This document shows, piece by piece, positions 13,960-25,948 of a stretch of DNA of 64,000 nt. Both the position numbers and the translations under genes were made by a program. The first letter of the stretch is position 1; the number at the start of each line of letters is the position of its first letter. Under the pieces are notes generated by a model that saw only the letters and a list, made by a program, of their open reading frames with translations, did no database searches and was not told the origin of the DNA. This stretch comes from Eledone cirrhosa (Eukaryota), in the NCBI GenBank assembly GCA_964016885.1, contig OZ024748.1, forward strand, positions 8,866,001 to 8,930,000. Reading direction: 5' to 3'.

Positions 13960-15076
13960 ACTAGCTAGAAAAATGCGTACAGCAAAAAAAAGTAATATTG
14001 TTGGAACAAACCTTTAAAAATACAGGACAAGGAAGTAAGATAAACCTTTAAAAATACAGGACAAAGAACTAAGATAAAACTTTAAAAGAATAGGACAAGG
14101 AATATAAATTTTTACAATAATATTAGTGGCAAAATTCAATTGGTAAAAAATTGAGTTTCCATCATTACACCAATTACAACTATGATGTTCCGCATGCATC
14201 CACTCCAACCATGATCACTTGTCTGTCATCTTTCCCGGTCCAACTCCTCGCGGATGACCCGGCGCAACTCGGACTGGGTCGGAGCAGGAACTGGAGGGGG
14301 AGAGGGAGGGGTACGGGTCTTGACTCTGGGACGATGACGGCGAGTGACCAAGGTGAATGGGCCCGTGTTCGACTCGGAATCCTGCTGGTCCTCGATGACA
14401 CTTTGAGGCACGGTTGACGGTTCCGGACTGGCTTCATGGGCAGTGGTAGAAGGGCAGGTGGATAGGGCAGAGTGCTTCTTCCTGGGAGAGCACTTGAAGC
14501 AGGTGAAGCCGGCGCCGGACTCGTTGAACCACTTCCAGACAGCACTGGGCATGTTGGCGCAGGAATGATGAAAGTTGAAGCAGGCGACGAGGGGGGAGGA
14601 GGTGGAGGCGTTGGTGCAGGAGCAACAGACTGCTGATTTGGGAGTCATTGTAGCTGGGGGATGCAGGCGCTGAGGGGGCTCGAGTAGAAGGGAAGAACAG
14701 AAATGAACCATGATGACTTTTCCTACATTTTTCCTGGCCCACTTCCTCATGAACCAATGAACCAGTTGGTACAACTCGGACTTGGAGGAGGAACACAAGA
14801 CAGGGATCAATTTCATTGTATTGATATTTCTCATTAAGTAATTTCATGTTACTCAAATAAATCACTTTTATTTGATCAATTATCTATTTTTCCAATAAAA
14901 TTTTTGCCACTAATATTATTGTAAAAATTTATATTCCTTGTCCTATTCTTTTAAAGTTTTATCTTAGTTCTTTGTCCTGTATTTTTAAAGGTTTATCTTA
15001 CTTCCTTGTCCTGTATTTTTAAAGGTTTGTTCCAACAATATTACTTTTTTTTGCTGTACGCATTTTTCTAGCTAGT
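13960..15076. repeat. ~175-bp inverted repeats (13960-14134 / 14902-15076) enclosing a GC-rich insert
   Basis: Arms are reverse complements along their length by eye, each with three internal AGGACAA-containing subrepeats. Confidence 0.93.
14180..14648 (-). pseudogene. Non-LTR retrotransposon ORF1 5' fragment (degenerate PHD finger + coiled coil + start of RRM)
   Basis: MTPKSAVCCSC...VACFNFHHSC...FTCFKC (PHD-like, one Cys apparently lost), then ELRRVIREELDRER and, after a frameshift, RQVIMVGV, typical of CR1/L2-type ORF1p. Confidence 0.65.
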
Positions 15077-15542
15077 TTCCTATTTTTCAAGGCAATGCAA
15101 ACAACAACTACTTAATTAAATAGTTATTACTTTAGTTACTTCTATCAAAAAATCCCAAAAATGATGTTAATGAAAACTATAGGTGAAAGTGAAGCTATTC
15201 TTTTGTGACCTCTTAGTTACTTGTACCAATTTTGAATTTAATTCAAGCTACAGTGTCAGCCTGTGCATTGGAGTCACAGAAATAAGTTGAGATATTTTAT
15301 CTAATTGGTACAAGCATCCACTCCACATGGCGGGGACATAGGTCAGATCGTGGAGCACTCACCTATCTTAAAAATATTAACTTATGATAAATAAGAGTCA
15401 TTTAAGAAAATACAATTTTTTTAAATTAGTAGGTGAGCATTAACAACTGAATCTAAATGGAGCAAATTTGCACCATTTGCATTTAGTTGAAAATAACATT
15501 TTAATTAAACATGACAAATTCTAATGCAATAGAAGGCAAATA

Positions 15543-15810
15543 TCAATTTTCACATGCAAATTTTTTGGGGATTTTTTTCACGCGCGCCATTTTTGGTCGA
15601 TTTTTTGTCAATTTTTCACATGCAAATTTTTTTGGGTTTTTTTGATTTTTTTTCACGCGCGCCATTTTTGTCGATTTTTTGTCAATTTTTCACATGATAA
15701 TTTTTTTTTGGATTTTTGGATTTTCTTCACGCACGCCATTTTTGTCGATTTTTTGTCAATTTTTCACATGATAATTTTTTTTGGATTTTTGTATTTTCTT
15801 CACGCGCTTT
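15543..15810. repeat. 65-74-bp tandem repeat x4
   Basis: TCAATTTTTCACATG...TTCACGCGCGCCATTTTTGTCGATTTTTTG units starting 15543, 15608, 15682, 15756. Confidence 0.88.
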
Positions 15811-16389
15811 TTGGTATGCATTATTCATATGTTTTGCTTGTTCTGATTGTCTTTTTTCTTTTATTTCAGCAGCTTTCCGTTTTTTATACTCCCTATTCCT
15901 AATGGCATATTTTCTCCGTTTTTCATTCTCTTTATGAATTTTTTGATCTTTGGGACATTCGGAAGCACTATCAGTCTCATTGAATTCAAATTCAGGTCCA
16001 GGATTTAATTCAACACAACCGATAATAAGCAATGATAAGATCAGTGCACGTGTTCTATATTTCTGATTGGAAATCGGGTAAATTCGTTTATTGGATTTGT
16101 AAAAAGCCGCCTGAATGTGAATTTCATCATTCGAATTGCCCGATTGTGGAATTGTTTCATTCGAAATGGAAATATTGCATTTTCGCGCCAGGCAAAAAAG
16201 TAATAAGCCGATCAAAAAGCCGCGAAACGTATATGGTGACTTTTTTCGAAAGCCGCGAAACGTATGAAGTGACCTTTTGCGATTTTTTTTGCGACCATTT
16301 TGGCGAGACTTTTGCAGGGAAACAAATTTTTCATTTGTAATAGTCAAAATAAATAAGCCGATAAAAAAGCCGAGAGACGTCATTTTCAT
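15727..16389 (-). pseudogene. Transposon-derived ORF remnant with 2A-like motif LLIIGCVELNPGP followed by a basic/acidic helical segment
   Basis: 220-aa ORF in the track; GCVELNPGP at 15994-16020; C-terminus runs into the tandem repeat, so probably truncated. Confidence 0.5.
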
Positions 16390-16714
16390 ATGTCAAATGA
16401 GCACACTATTCGCACCTATCGCAAATGAGTTCACTACTCGCACCTATCGGTACAAAAAATAGCACAACTATTCACAACTATTAGTACAAATCCAAATGAT
16501 TTTCTGAATTTCTAGTATATCAATCAGCGACTGCTTTGAAAGAGAACAATGCAGTGAGTGATTACTCATTTGAATATAAATAGAAGACAACCTCAACTAG
16601 TTTGCAACGTGTGACCACTTATCGCGAGATAGGAGAACATAATAGCTCCTAATTAGCTCAATGATTAATGTTTACTGCCACATTGTATCAACATTTAAAA
16701 TTCAAATTCAAAAA

Positions 16715-17275
16715 AATAACCGCAGTCACTGGGGGGGGGGTTCAAATAACCACCGCACCCCGAATAACCGCAGTCACTAGGGGGGGTTCGAATAAGACCC
16801 TCACCCCAAATAACAGCAGTCACTGGGGGAGGGTTCGAATAAGCGCCTCACCCAGAATAATCGCAGTCACTGTGGGGGGGGGGTTCGAATAAGCGCCGCA
16901 CCCCGAATAACCGCAGTCACTGTGGGGGGGGGGGGGGGGTTCGAATAAGCGCCTCACCCCGAATAATCGCAGTCACTGGGGGAGGGTTCGAATAAGCGCC
17001 GCACCCCGAATAACCGCAGTCACTGGGGGGAGGGTTCGAATAAGCGCCGCACCCCGAATAATCGCAGTCACTGGGGGGAGGGTTCGAATAAGCGCCGCAC
17101 CCCGAATAACCGCAGTCACTGGGGGGAGGGTTCGAATAAGCGCCGCACCCCGAATAATCGCAGTCACTGGGGGGAGGGTTCGAATAAGCGGGGGGGGGGT
17201 TCGAATAAGCGTCTCACCCCGAATAATCGCAGTCACTGGGGGAGGGTTCGAATAAGCGCCGCACCCCGAATAACC
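16715..17275. repeat. 48-bp G-rich minisatellite, ~11 copies
   Basis: Unit GTTCGAATAAGCGCCGCACCCCGAATAAYCGCAGTCACTGGGGGGAGG. Confidence 0.93.
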
Positions 17276-18408
17276 CCTTATCCTCCTCTGACCGGTCCCA
17301 AGAGATGCATCAAATGCACAGAGCGTCACCCTTACTCACTCACTTACTCACTTGAACACAGTTTTTTTCAGCAAACTTTGATCATAACTTTTTTTGTGCT
17401 GAACGAAATTTCGAGATTTTTAGCTTAAGAGATGTGCAATGATTTACTCTCCATGCTCATATAACTTTCATGTGATTTTGATAATCGGAAGACATTCTAA
17501 TAATGCTGTAAAGAGACGATTGCCAACGAAATCACTAAGACAACAATATTACTAAACCGACTACCGTCGGTTTAGGATTAGAAAATTATGACATAGGCTG
17601 CGTTATTTTGTTGTTATATTTGGGGAGGTCATGTTGTCTTAATATTACCAGAGAGAAAATAGTAAAACACTCTCACTGTTTGGTTTTTGCTTCAGAATAT
17701 TTTTTATATTTCTATAAATAATTTAACTGGCATTCAATGTTTATCATTCATTGACCAACTGTTAAAAAATATAAATATAAATATTTTAACTTATGAGAAA
17801 ATATATGCTGCACGAAACAAAACGTTCATTTGAACCCAAGCTTCAAAGTATTAACTATATTAAATTCTTGAAAACTCCATTCGTATGCGTAAATATAGTT
17901 TTCTTTTTAAAACAAATTTTATCCTCTGTATGTTATGAAAAAAAAATATTTCAAAAGTGAAGATACTTAGAGTATCATAGTTGGAAACAAAGTATAAATA
18001 TATCATCATAATCAGTTTTCTGCCCTGAGGCAGGTTTTCATGTCTTCATTTAGCACAGAGATATTCCATGTCTTCTATGGTAAATATGGCACTTGCTCGT
18101 TTTTGATCCTTTTGTTTTTACAACAAATTCGAATACCTTTTGTTTCTCTTTCAGAATTGATGTATTTTCAATTGTGTTACTTTGTAGAACTATATATGTG
18201 TGTGTGTTAGTGACACACACACAACTATATCTGTGTGTGATCACTAACACACACAGAGAACTATAGCTGTGTGTGCTTACTAACACACACATATATATAT
18301 GTGTGTGTTATCACTAACACACACATACACTGTCGCTTACTTATACAATTCTTCTCTCTTGAACATTGACACCTACTTACACCGTGTGCACTATTTATAT
18401 GTTGATTC

Positions 18409-18468
<60 letters not shown>

Positions 18469-18839
18469 CTATCTCTTTATCTCTCTCTCGCTCTCTCTAT
18501 CTCTCTCTCGCGCTCTCTCTCTCTCTCTCTCTCTTTATTTATCTATCTCTCTGAACTCTCACGCTTTCTCTTTCTCTCTTATTTTACTCTCTACATATTA
18601 TATATATATATATATATACAGAAACATGTATTTTTGCTGATATAAATATATTCACACAGACATGAATATAGGTATAAATGTGAATATGTGTATGTATGAA
18701 TGTATTTATGTATGTATTTATGCGTGTATGTATGTATATCTTAAGAGCTCATTTGCCCTTTGCTCACTATAAAAGCTTCACGGCACAGGCATTGCTTTAT
18801 ATCTGGAGATCTCTCTGCACTTGTCGTCACATGGGCCCA

Positions 18840-19008
18840 GCACTATGTGTCAATAATTGTCACAAGTGTAGTGTTTGTTGCAGAGTTTTCAAGTCACTGG
18901 CTGGACTAAAAAGTCACACTCGTTCAGCGCATCGGTAGGGGTTCTCCTACATGGATATAAAGTAGTGGCTGTACTCGAAAACGAGTTGGCAGCCACCATG
19001 TATGTATA
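18840..19008 (+). mobile_element. RTE-clade LINE 3' end (terminal C2H2 finger + 3' UTR hairpin)
   Basis: HKCSVCCRVFKSLAGLKSHTRSAHR-stop, then GGTGGCTG-like stem GTGGCTG...CAGCCAC and ATGT tail. Confidence 0.7.
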
Positions 19009-19437
19009 TAGAAATATGAGGAACAGAACGGAAAACTTGTTGACGAAGTAAATTCCTTTGTTCTGTCATCAAAAGCCATTAACTTACAGACCCCTGCAAG
19101 TGGATTTTGTCGATTTCGGATTTACAGAAACCTAGCGGAGATGTTATATGTTGTATGTGATGTTATGTGATGTATATTGTATGGTATACATTATGTGTTG
19201 CATGTAATGTCTACGCGATGGTCCAGGTCAGTCAAACATTTTTCCTGAGTTCAGTTTTTTTCGTCGCTATGGTCTCTGCGGCTCGACTATCGGTCTTTGT
19301 ATTTGATTTGCAAAGCTGTCTAAACGTAATGTTATAACTCTGGGGTAATATTCTCCATTGAGTGCTTAGCTGCACACCGAAACTGCATTCGTTAGCTTGG
19401 CTGCTACCAAAAGCTTCGTTGATGCTGTACTAAAATT

Positions 19438-19522
<85 letters not shown>

Positions 19523-19525
19523 ATG

Positions 19526-19781
19526 ATAACTAGAAATTGATTAACATATATATAAACATGAATAATCACAGGAGATAATTCTTACAAGTGTGTAAACACA
19601 CATAGCTAGGTAGGTAACTAAATAAAGTTGACCAGAACTTCAAAAATAGATACCTTATATTTTTTGAAGTTCTGGTCAACTTTATTTAGTTACCTACCTA
19701 GCTATGTGTGGTTACACACTTGTAAAAATTATCTCCTGTGATTATTCATGTTTATATATATGTCAATCAATTTCTAGTTAT
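19526..19781. repeat. Fold-back palindrome, ~120-bp arms, 14-bp spacer, adjacent to (TA)n
   Basis: 19526-19646 is the reverse complement of 19661-19781 with a few mismatches. Confidence 0.93.
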
Positions 19782-19907
19782 TATAAAATGCTCGGACCTA
19801 CTCGTTAGAATCTTAGAGCTTATTTTCCGGGTGATATGGCGCATGTCTTTCTGGCGTGATACCCATAATTTTGATTTAGATTAAATTCATTTAATTTATC
19901 TTAATTT

Positions 19908-19974
<67 letters not shown>

Positions 19975-20513
19975 ACATGGCGTGCTGCGTGGGCCTTCAT
20001 TGGTATTTCATCGCTTTAAAGACCATATACCTCTGGTTGGTGCAAGCAACGGCTAAAGAAAGTCGTTGGGACACGTAAATAGGGGGAACGAGCGAGACAG
20101 TAAACAAACAAAGATGGTAATGCAACGAAAAGTGAGGAATAAGAAGTCAAGTCCCTGAAATCGATGAACATAAGTTCTGTGAAACCGTAGATGAGAGAGA
20201 ATAAAGACCATCCGGCCTGGTCGAAATGCGAGTAAGGAAAGAATTTTGCACAGGTCAAACGGGAGGAAGTAAGAGAGGGAGTAGCAGAGAATGAATGAGT
20301 GAAAGTGTGAGGATGAGGCTAACAGAGAGAGTGAGTGGCAGAGGCGGTAAAAGGAAGTGAGAGATACGTAGAAAGGGGAAGCAGTAAGAAAGAAATAGAC
20401 GGGTCACAGCGGAGGAAAAATATATAAATATATGAAAACAGTGCGTGCTGCGTGGTTGCAAATGGGTTACATAGCGAAGTAGTTTCAGATGTTAAAGTCC
20501 TTTAATGATAATG

Positions 20514-20586
20514 CTGTGATACATATTTCAATGACGACAGTGGCCACACGGTTCGGTGCGCCCAGTGCCGTGACATCGTCAGACAG
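20514..20586 (-). ncRNA. Type I hammerhead ribozyme motif with long stem II
   Basis: CUGU-CUGACGA-[ACGGCA/UGUCGU, UGG/CCA, GCAC/GUGU stem II]-GAAA-UAUGUA-UC-ACAG; stem I CUGU/ACAG, cleavage triplet AUC. Confidence 0.8.
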
Positions 20587-20736
20587 ATTCTTACATAATA
20601 AGGTTATGTTTCTGAGGCAATCCAAATTGCATCGACATGGGAACGGACAAAGCGTGTGCTCTTGAATTATTCGCCCGAAATGGTCGCATTCTTTAAGGGT
20701 ATGTCAATATTAATTTATAAAATTGCTCTATATTAT

Positions 20737-20799
20737 ATTTTATCTGATGAAAGCACACCATAATTTAACTTGGTGTCCTTGAAATATGTATAATGAAAT
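20737..20799 (+). ncRNA. Type I hammerhead ribozyme motif
   Basis: AUUUUAU-CUGAUGA-AAGCACACCA..UGGUGUCCUU-GAAA-UAUGUA-UA-AUGAAAU; a second copy of the element is at 60869-60931. Confidence 0.8.
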
Positions 20800-21024
20800 A
20801 AATATGGTTTTATAAATATAGTTTCCATTTGTTAATATATCGTATATATATATATATATATTTCTATATACACACACAGACGCATAAATGTATGTATTTA
20901 TTGTGGTTCCATTCCTCTATAGGCGCTTCTGTCCCAATTTCTCGTAATATTTTATGTGTATTTAAGTTTGTTTGTCATAAAACATCTTAACCGTTTATAC
21001 TTTATATGCATGCACAGACGCACG

Positions 21025-21285
<261 letters not shown>

Positions 21286-21356
21286 AAAAATGTTACTCTG
21301 CCATGTATTGAGTACCTTACTTACTGTGGTTATCCCCGACTCAACCCGGGACCTAC

Positions 21357-21389
<33 letters not shown>

Positions 21390-21589
21390 AATACATATAT
21401 ACACAATACAATTTATTCTAAGCTATTTTTCAACTCAATTATTCATTGTTTTCTCACTAGAGATGAAATAAGATCGATACATATTATGATGGATGATACG
21501 CATAACGTCGAATGCTTTTCAGTAATGCATCACGATCTGCTAATAGGAATGTCTATATCTACCCATTAGGTAATATTGACACACACACT

Positions 21590-21613
21590 CACGTGTGTGT
21601 GTATGTATGTATG

Positions 21614-21654
<41 letters not shown>

Positions 21655-21709
21655 GTGTGTGTATGTATATATGTTAATGTGTGTATGTATGTACATATAT
21701 ATGTGTGGG

Positions 21710-21752
<43 letters not shown>

Positions 21753-21873
21753 ATATGTATGCATATATATGTGTGTGTGTGAGTGTGTGTATGTATATAT
21801 GTGTGTGTGTGTATGTATATATGTGTGTATATATGTGTGTGTGTATGTATATATATATATGTGTGTGTGTGTG

Positions 21874-21920
<47 letters not shown>

Positions 21921-21951
21921 ATGTATATATATATATGTGTGTGTGTGTATG

Positions 21952-21984
<33 letters not shown>

Positions 21985-22199
21985 ATGTATGTATATATAT
22001 ATATGTATGCGTATGTATGTATGTATATATATATATATGTATGTGTGTGTATGTATGTATGTATATATATATATATGTGTGTTGTAATTATGTATATATA
22101 TATATATATATGTGTGTGTGTATGTATGTATGTATATATATATATATGTATGTGTATGTATATATATGTATGTGTATATGTATGTAATGTATTTAACAA

Positions 22200-22235
<36 letters not shown>
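21590..22235. repeat. (TA)n/(TG)n/(ATA)n microsatellite
   Basis: Directly visible. Confidence 0.95.
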
Positions 22236-22236
<1 letters not shown>

Positions 22237-22645
22237 TCGTTGATATGCAACGAAAAAAGTTGTGCACTGGATATTACTTGAAATGAGTAGTTATATGAAC
22301 TCTCATCCAAAACGTTGTTTGCTTCGTCATCATAACAATATACGTTCATAGACACCAACATTGCAAACATTTATGATAATAAAACATTGTAAGAATCCTC
22401 TCATCTACAACATTATATCGAAGTTATTAAAACATTAAACCACTCAAAATATATTTAAAATAATTTTATTGTCTTTATATGTATTCCATAATTTATCTCT
22501 GATAATTGATGTAAAATGAAGGAAAATTGCACTGAAATATGAAGAGAATTCTATTTTCAGGAACTGAACTATAAGTATTTTGAAGAATCTATTTTTGGTC
22601 GCAGTTCTTGTAAACTCTAAGTATTTTTTGGCCTGAGAAAACTCT

Positions 22646-23408
22646 AGTGGAGACGTCTGGTATCCTTGGCCCTAGGACCACCTCCCTACTCACCACCACC
22701 AGGCACAGAGTTGGGTACCTGTAGCAGTGGAGACTTCTGGTGTCCTTGGCCCTAGGACCACCTCCCTACTCACCACCACCAGGCACAGAGTTGGGTACCT
22801 GTAGCAGTGGAGACTTCTGGTGTCCTTGGCCCTAGGACCACCTTCCTACTCACCACCATTGGCACAGAGTTGGCTACCTGTAGCAGTGGAGACTTCTGGT
22901 GTCCTTGGCCCTAGGACCACCTCCCTACTCACCACCATTGGCACAGAGTTGGCTACCTGTAGCAGTGGAGACTTCTGGTGTCCTTGGCCCTAGGACCACC
23001 TCCCTACTCACCACCATTGGCACAGAGTTGGTTACCTGTAACAGTGGAGACTTCTGGTGTCCTTGGCCCTAGGACCACCTTCCTACTCACCACCATTGGC
23101 ACAGAGTTGGTTACCTGTATCAGTGGAGACTTCTGGTGTCCTTGGCCCTAGGACCACCTTCCTACTCACCACCATTGGCACAGAGTTGGTTACCTGTAGC
23201 AGTGGAGACTTCTGGTGTCCTTGGCCCTAGGACCACCTCCCTACTCACCACCATTGGCACAGAGTTGGTTACCTGTAGCAGTGGAGACTTCTGGTGTCCT
23301 TGGTCCTAGGGCTACCTCCCTACTCACCACCATTGGCACAGAGTTGGCTACCTGTAGCAGTGGAAACTTCTGGTGTCCTTGGCCCTAGGACCACCTCCCT
23401 ACTCACCA
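22646..23408. repeat. 79-80-bp GC-rich minisatellite, ~9.5 copies
   Basis: Unit AGTGGAGACTTCTGGTGTCCTTGGCCCTAGGACCACCTCCCTACTCACCACCATTGGCACAGAGTTGGNTACCTGTAGC. Confidence 0.96.
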
Positions 23409-23781
23409 GTGGTGGCTAATCAGGGGTGTGAAACTCGTGAGATGGAATGGCTGCTCTTCTAACGCGTCTCCCTCACCATCCTCTGGGGAAACGACTTCGC
23501 TATCCTGTCAGACCAGGCCGCGGAGGGCCAGCGCGTGAGCCTCCATTAGCTCACAATAGTGTGTGATGGAAAGAGCAGGAGAGACGGAGCTAGTAACAAT
23601 GAAAACTTCATTCCATTATGTTCAAATCTAATATGTATCAGACGTGCGTACATGTTTATCAGCGTCTGGCTACCAAAACAGTTTGTATCCAGAGAAAATG
23701 TTTATATATATATATATATAATGTTGATTTAAAACTGCACTATCCACAAGTGTTTTTTAGCCTTCATATCATGTTCTCCTG

Positions 23782-23848
23782 TTTTATCTGATGAAAACAC
23801 AAATATTATTGCATGATGATGTTTGTTTTTGAAATGCGCATAATAAAA
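23782..23848 (+). ncRNA. Type I hammerhead ribozyme motif
   Basis: UUUUAU-CUGAUGA-AAACACAAAUAUUAU..AUGAUGAUGUUUGUUUUU-GAAA-UGCGCA-UA-AUAAAA; perfect 6-bp stem I, palindromic AUGCGCAU stem III. Confidence 0.85.
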
Positions 23849-23880
23849 TACATGGAACTCCTTTAACCATCTTTTGATCT

Positions 23881-23922
<42 letters not shown>

Positions 23923-23942
23923 TCCGGATATATGTTTATATA

Positions 23943-23993
<51 letters not shown>

Positions 23994-24052
23994 CTTGATC
24001 TTATTTACAAGTGTCACTTTGTTTATCTCTCTCTCTATATATATATATCATT

Positions 24053-24108
24053 AGTACCAGTAATGCACTGGGTAATTGCTGGCCTTGTGCCAAAAGGAGA
24101 AACAATTA
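24053..24108 (+). mobile_element. SINE 3' fragment
   Basis: AGTACCAGTAATGCACTGGGTAATTGCTGGCCTTGTGCCAAAAG, identical to the tail at 63542-63598. Confidence 0.8.
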
Positions 24109-24768
24109 TATATTCGCTCTAAAATTGATTTTCCTTTTGCTTTCATTTATTGTGAGGCTTGACGCCTTGCAAAAAGAAATATTTTCGTTATCTGAGCAGA
24201 ATTGTATTTAAGATTATAACAAGTATATTTAATTATATAACTACCCTATACATCTGATATACATGACGATAGTTGTGTATACAGAAACCAATAATGTGAT
24301 AAGACATTATAGAAATAAAAACAAAATCCGTCAGTTTTTGAGTACGAGTAGATATTGAAATTACATATAGAAATAAGACAATTTGCTAGGAAATCCATTT
24401 TGGTGTCATAGAGATGCAGACCTCTATATAATCCTTATGTAATTCTAACCATTTTTATTGCATATATTATTACATTATTTAAAAATAAAATTTATCAATT
24501 GTGGAATTTTGAATAGCTGGAAATTTAGTACTTGAGGAGAAAAAAATATGTAGTACTTGAGAATTTCATGAAAAGCTACAATGAAATATTATCTAAATGG
24601 AAAGATTCTTATTTTGTTTTTTGAATATAGAGATCTGTATAAATATGAATAACTTGTTGGCAGGTTGATAGTGTTTTGTGATAGCTGTGATTTATATTGA
24701 AATACACACATATAAGTAATATATATATCTATCTATCTATCTATCTATATATATATATATATAAAAGT

Positions 24769-25293
24769 AAAAAATGAAACGAAATTTCATTTCTCACTCT
24801 TAGTACGGCTGTTACTTAAATATAAGTATGTATACGTACATACATATATGTATACAGACGTACAGTAGTATGTATATATATATATACATACATGCACATA
24901 TATATATATATGTACGTATGGATTCACCGAACATTTATTATAATGCTCGGTGTGTTTGTAAACAAACATCCCGAATTAAGCCATACAGTGTCTACCAACC
25001 ATCGTTGCTCATTTGTTCAACACTGACAAAGGAACGCTGTACTAGTTTCAAGCTTATTAGTTATCGTCAGCAACGTATACCTTCCTGCCAGATGATTGAA
25101 CGTCTGAAAGTATATACTTTCCTTATGCATATTAACGGCTGAGCAGCCTAATTTGCATATCGAGTGAGTTAATCGTCCGGGGTACCGAAAACGATAAACG
25201 GAAAAAATGAAACAAAATTTCATTTCTCACTCTTAGTACGGCTGTTACTTAAATATAAATATGTATACGTACATACATATATGTATACAGACG
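24769..25293 (-). mobile_element. Partial-tandem hammerhead-containing element (92-bp direct repeats, 433-bp period)
   Basis: 24769-24860 ~ 25202-25293 (2 mismatches seen), hammerhead in between, flanked by (TA)n. Confidence 0.65.
25035..25075 (-). ncRNA. Minimal hammerhead ribozyme motif
   Basis: CGUUG-CUGACGA-UAACU(AAUA)AGCUU-GAAAC-UA-GUA-CAGCG; stem I CGUUG/CAGCG, palindromic ACUAGU stem III, cleavage GUA; one mismatch in stem II. Confidence 0.78.
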
Positions 25294-25894
25294 CTTAAGA
25301 TGCTTCAGCAAAGAACAGAAATTTCTTTTCATATTTAAAGAGATTGTCGATGCTCTCAGCTTTGTTTTCACCACCTGCTTTTATAGTAATGCTTACGTAA
25401 TAAGCAGATAACGATCGTATAGAGAGATATATGCTTTCTGTCTTTGGAATAAGTCTCGCTGAGGATATCTAATAAAATTTGCTTTTATTAAGTTAATTTG
25501 TTGATCACTCGCATTAAATCGTTTGAAAAGCTATAAATTAACCACAGGGCTATAGATGTTTCTTTTGAGGCCTTGACACACCTAAAAGGAGTTTGGATCG
25601 TCAAATTTCGATGATAGTTGTTGTCTTTATATAAGGTTCTCGCCTACTATCCATATCTGTTTGTTTAGGCTTTTTCATATGCAGTGATCTCCTCAGGCAT
25701 TTTGTCCTCTCGTTCTTTTCCTACCATATCAAGCCTAAAACTGATATATTTCTGTATTGTTCTGTGTCGTTTGCTCTGTTATAAAATAGTTTCAAACACA
25801 AGTCCATCGTTAGACAAGAGAATCAGTAATAAAATAGAGAGTAATTGTGAAAAGGAAAGAATGGAAGGAAAGGCACATATATGTTCATCCAGCC

Positions 25895-25948
<54 letters not shown>

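Larger units (their letters stand above)
13961..17580 (-). mobile_element. Putative non-autonomous Helentron/HINE-like rolling-circle element
   Basis: Perfect hairpin CTAAACCGAC-TACC-GTCGGTTTAG (17552-17575) overlapping a 13-bp subterminal repeat CAACAATATTACT (17541-17553) whose inverted partner is at 13991-14003; minus strand ends in CTAG-T; internal minisatellites and a TCAC-type microsatellite as in DINE-1-type elements. Confidence 0.5.

Noticed and set aside
18860-18938. Host C2H2 zinc-finger gene exon
   Set aside because: A single finger ending at a stop, followed by a hairpin and microsatellite tail, fits an RTE ORF terminus; no TGEKP linker
19350-19402. GTGC/GCAC stem + CGAAAC..GTT resembling a hammerhead 3' half
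   Set aside because: No CUGANGA core or stem I; at most a decayed copy
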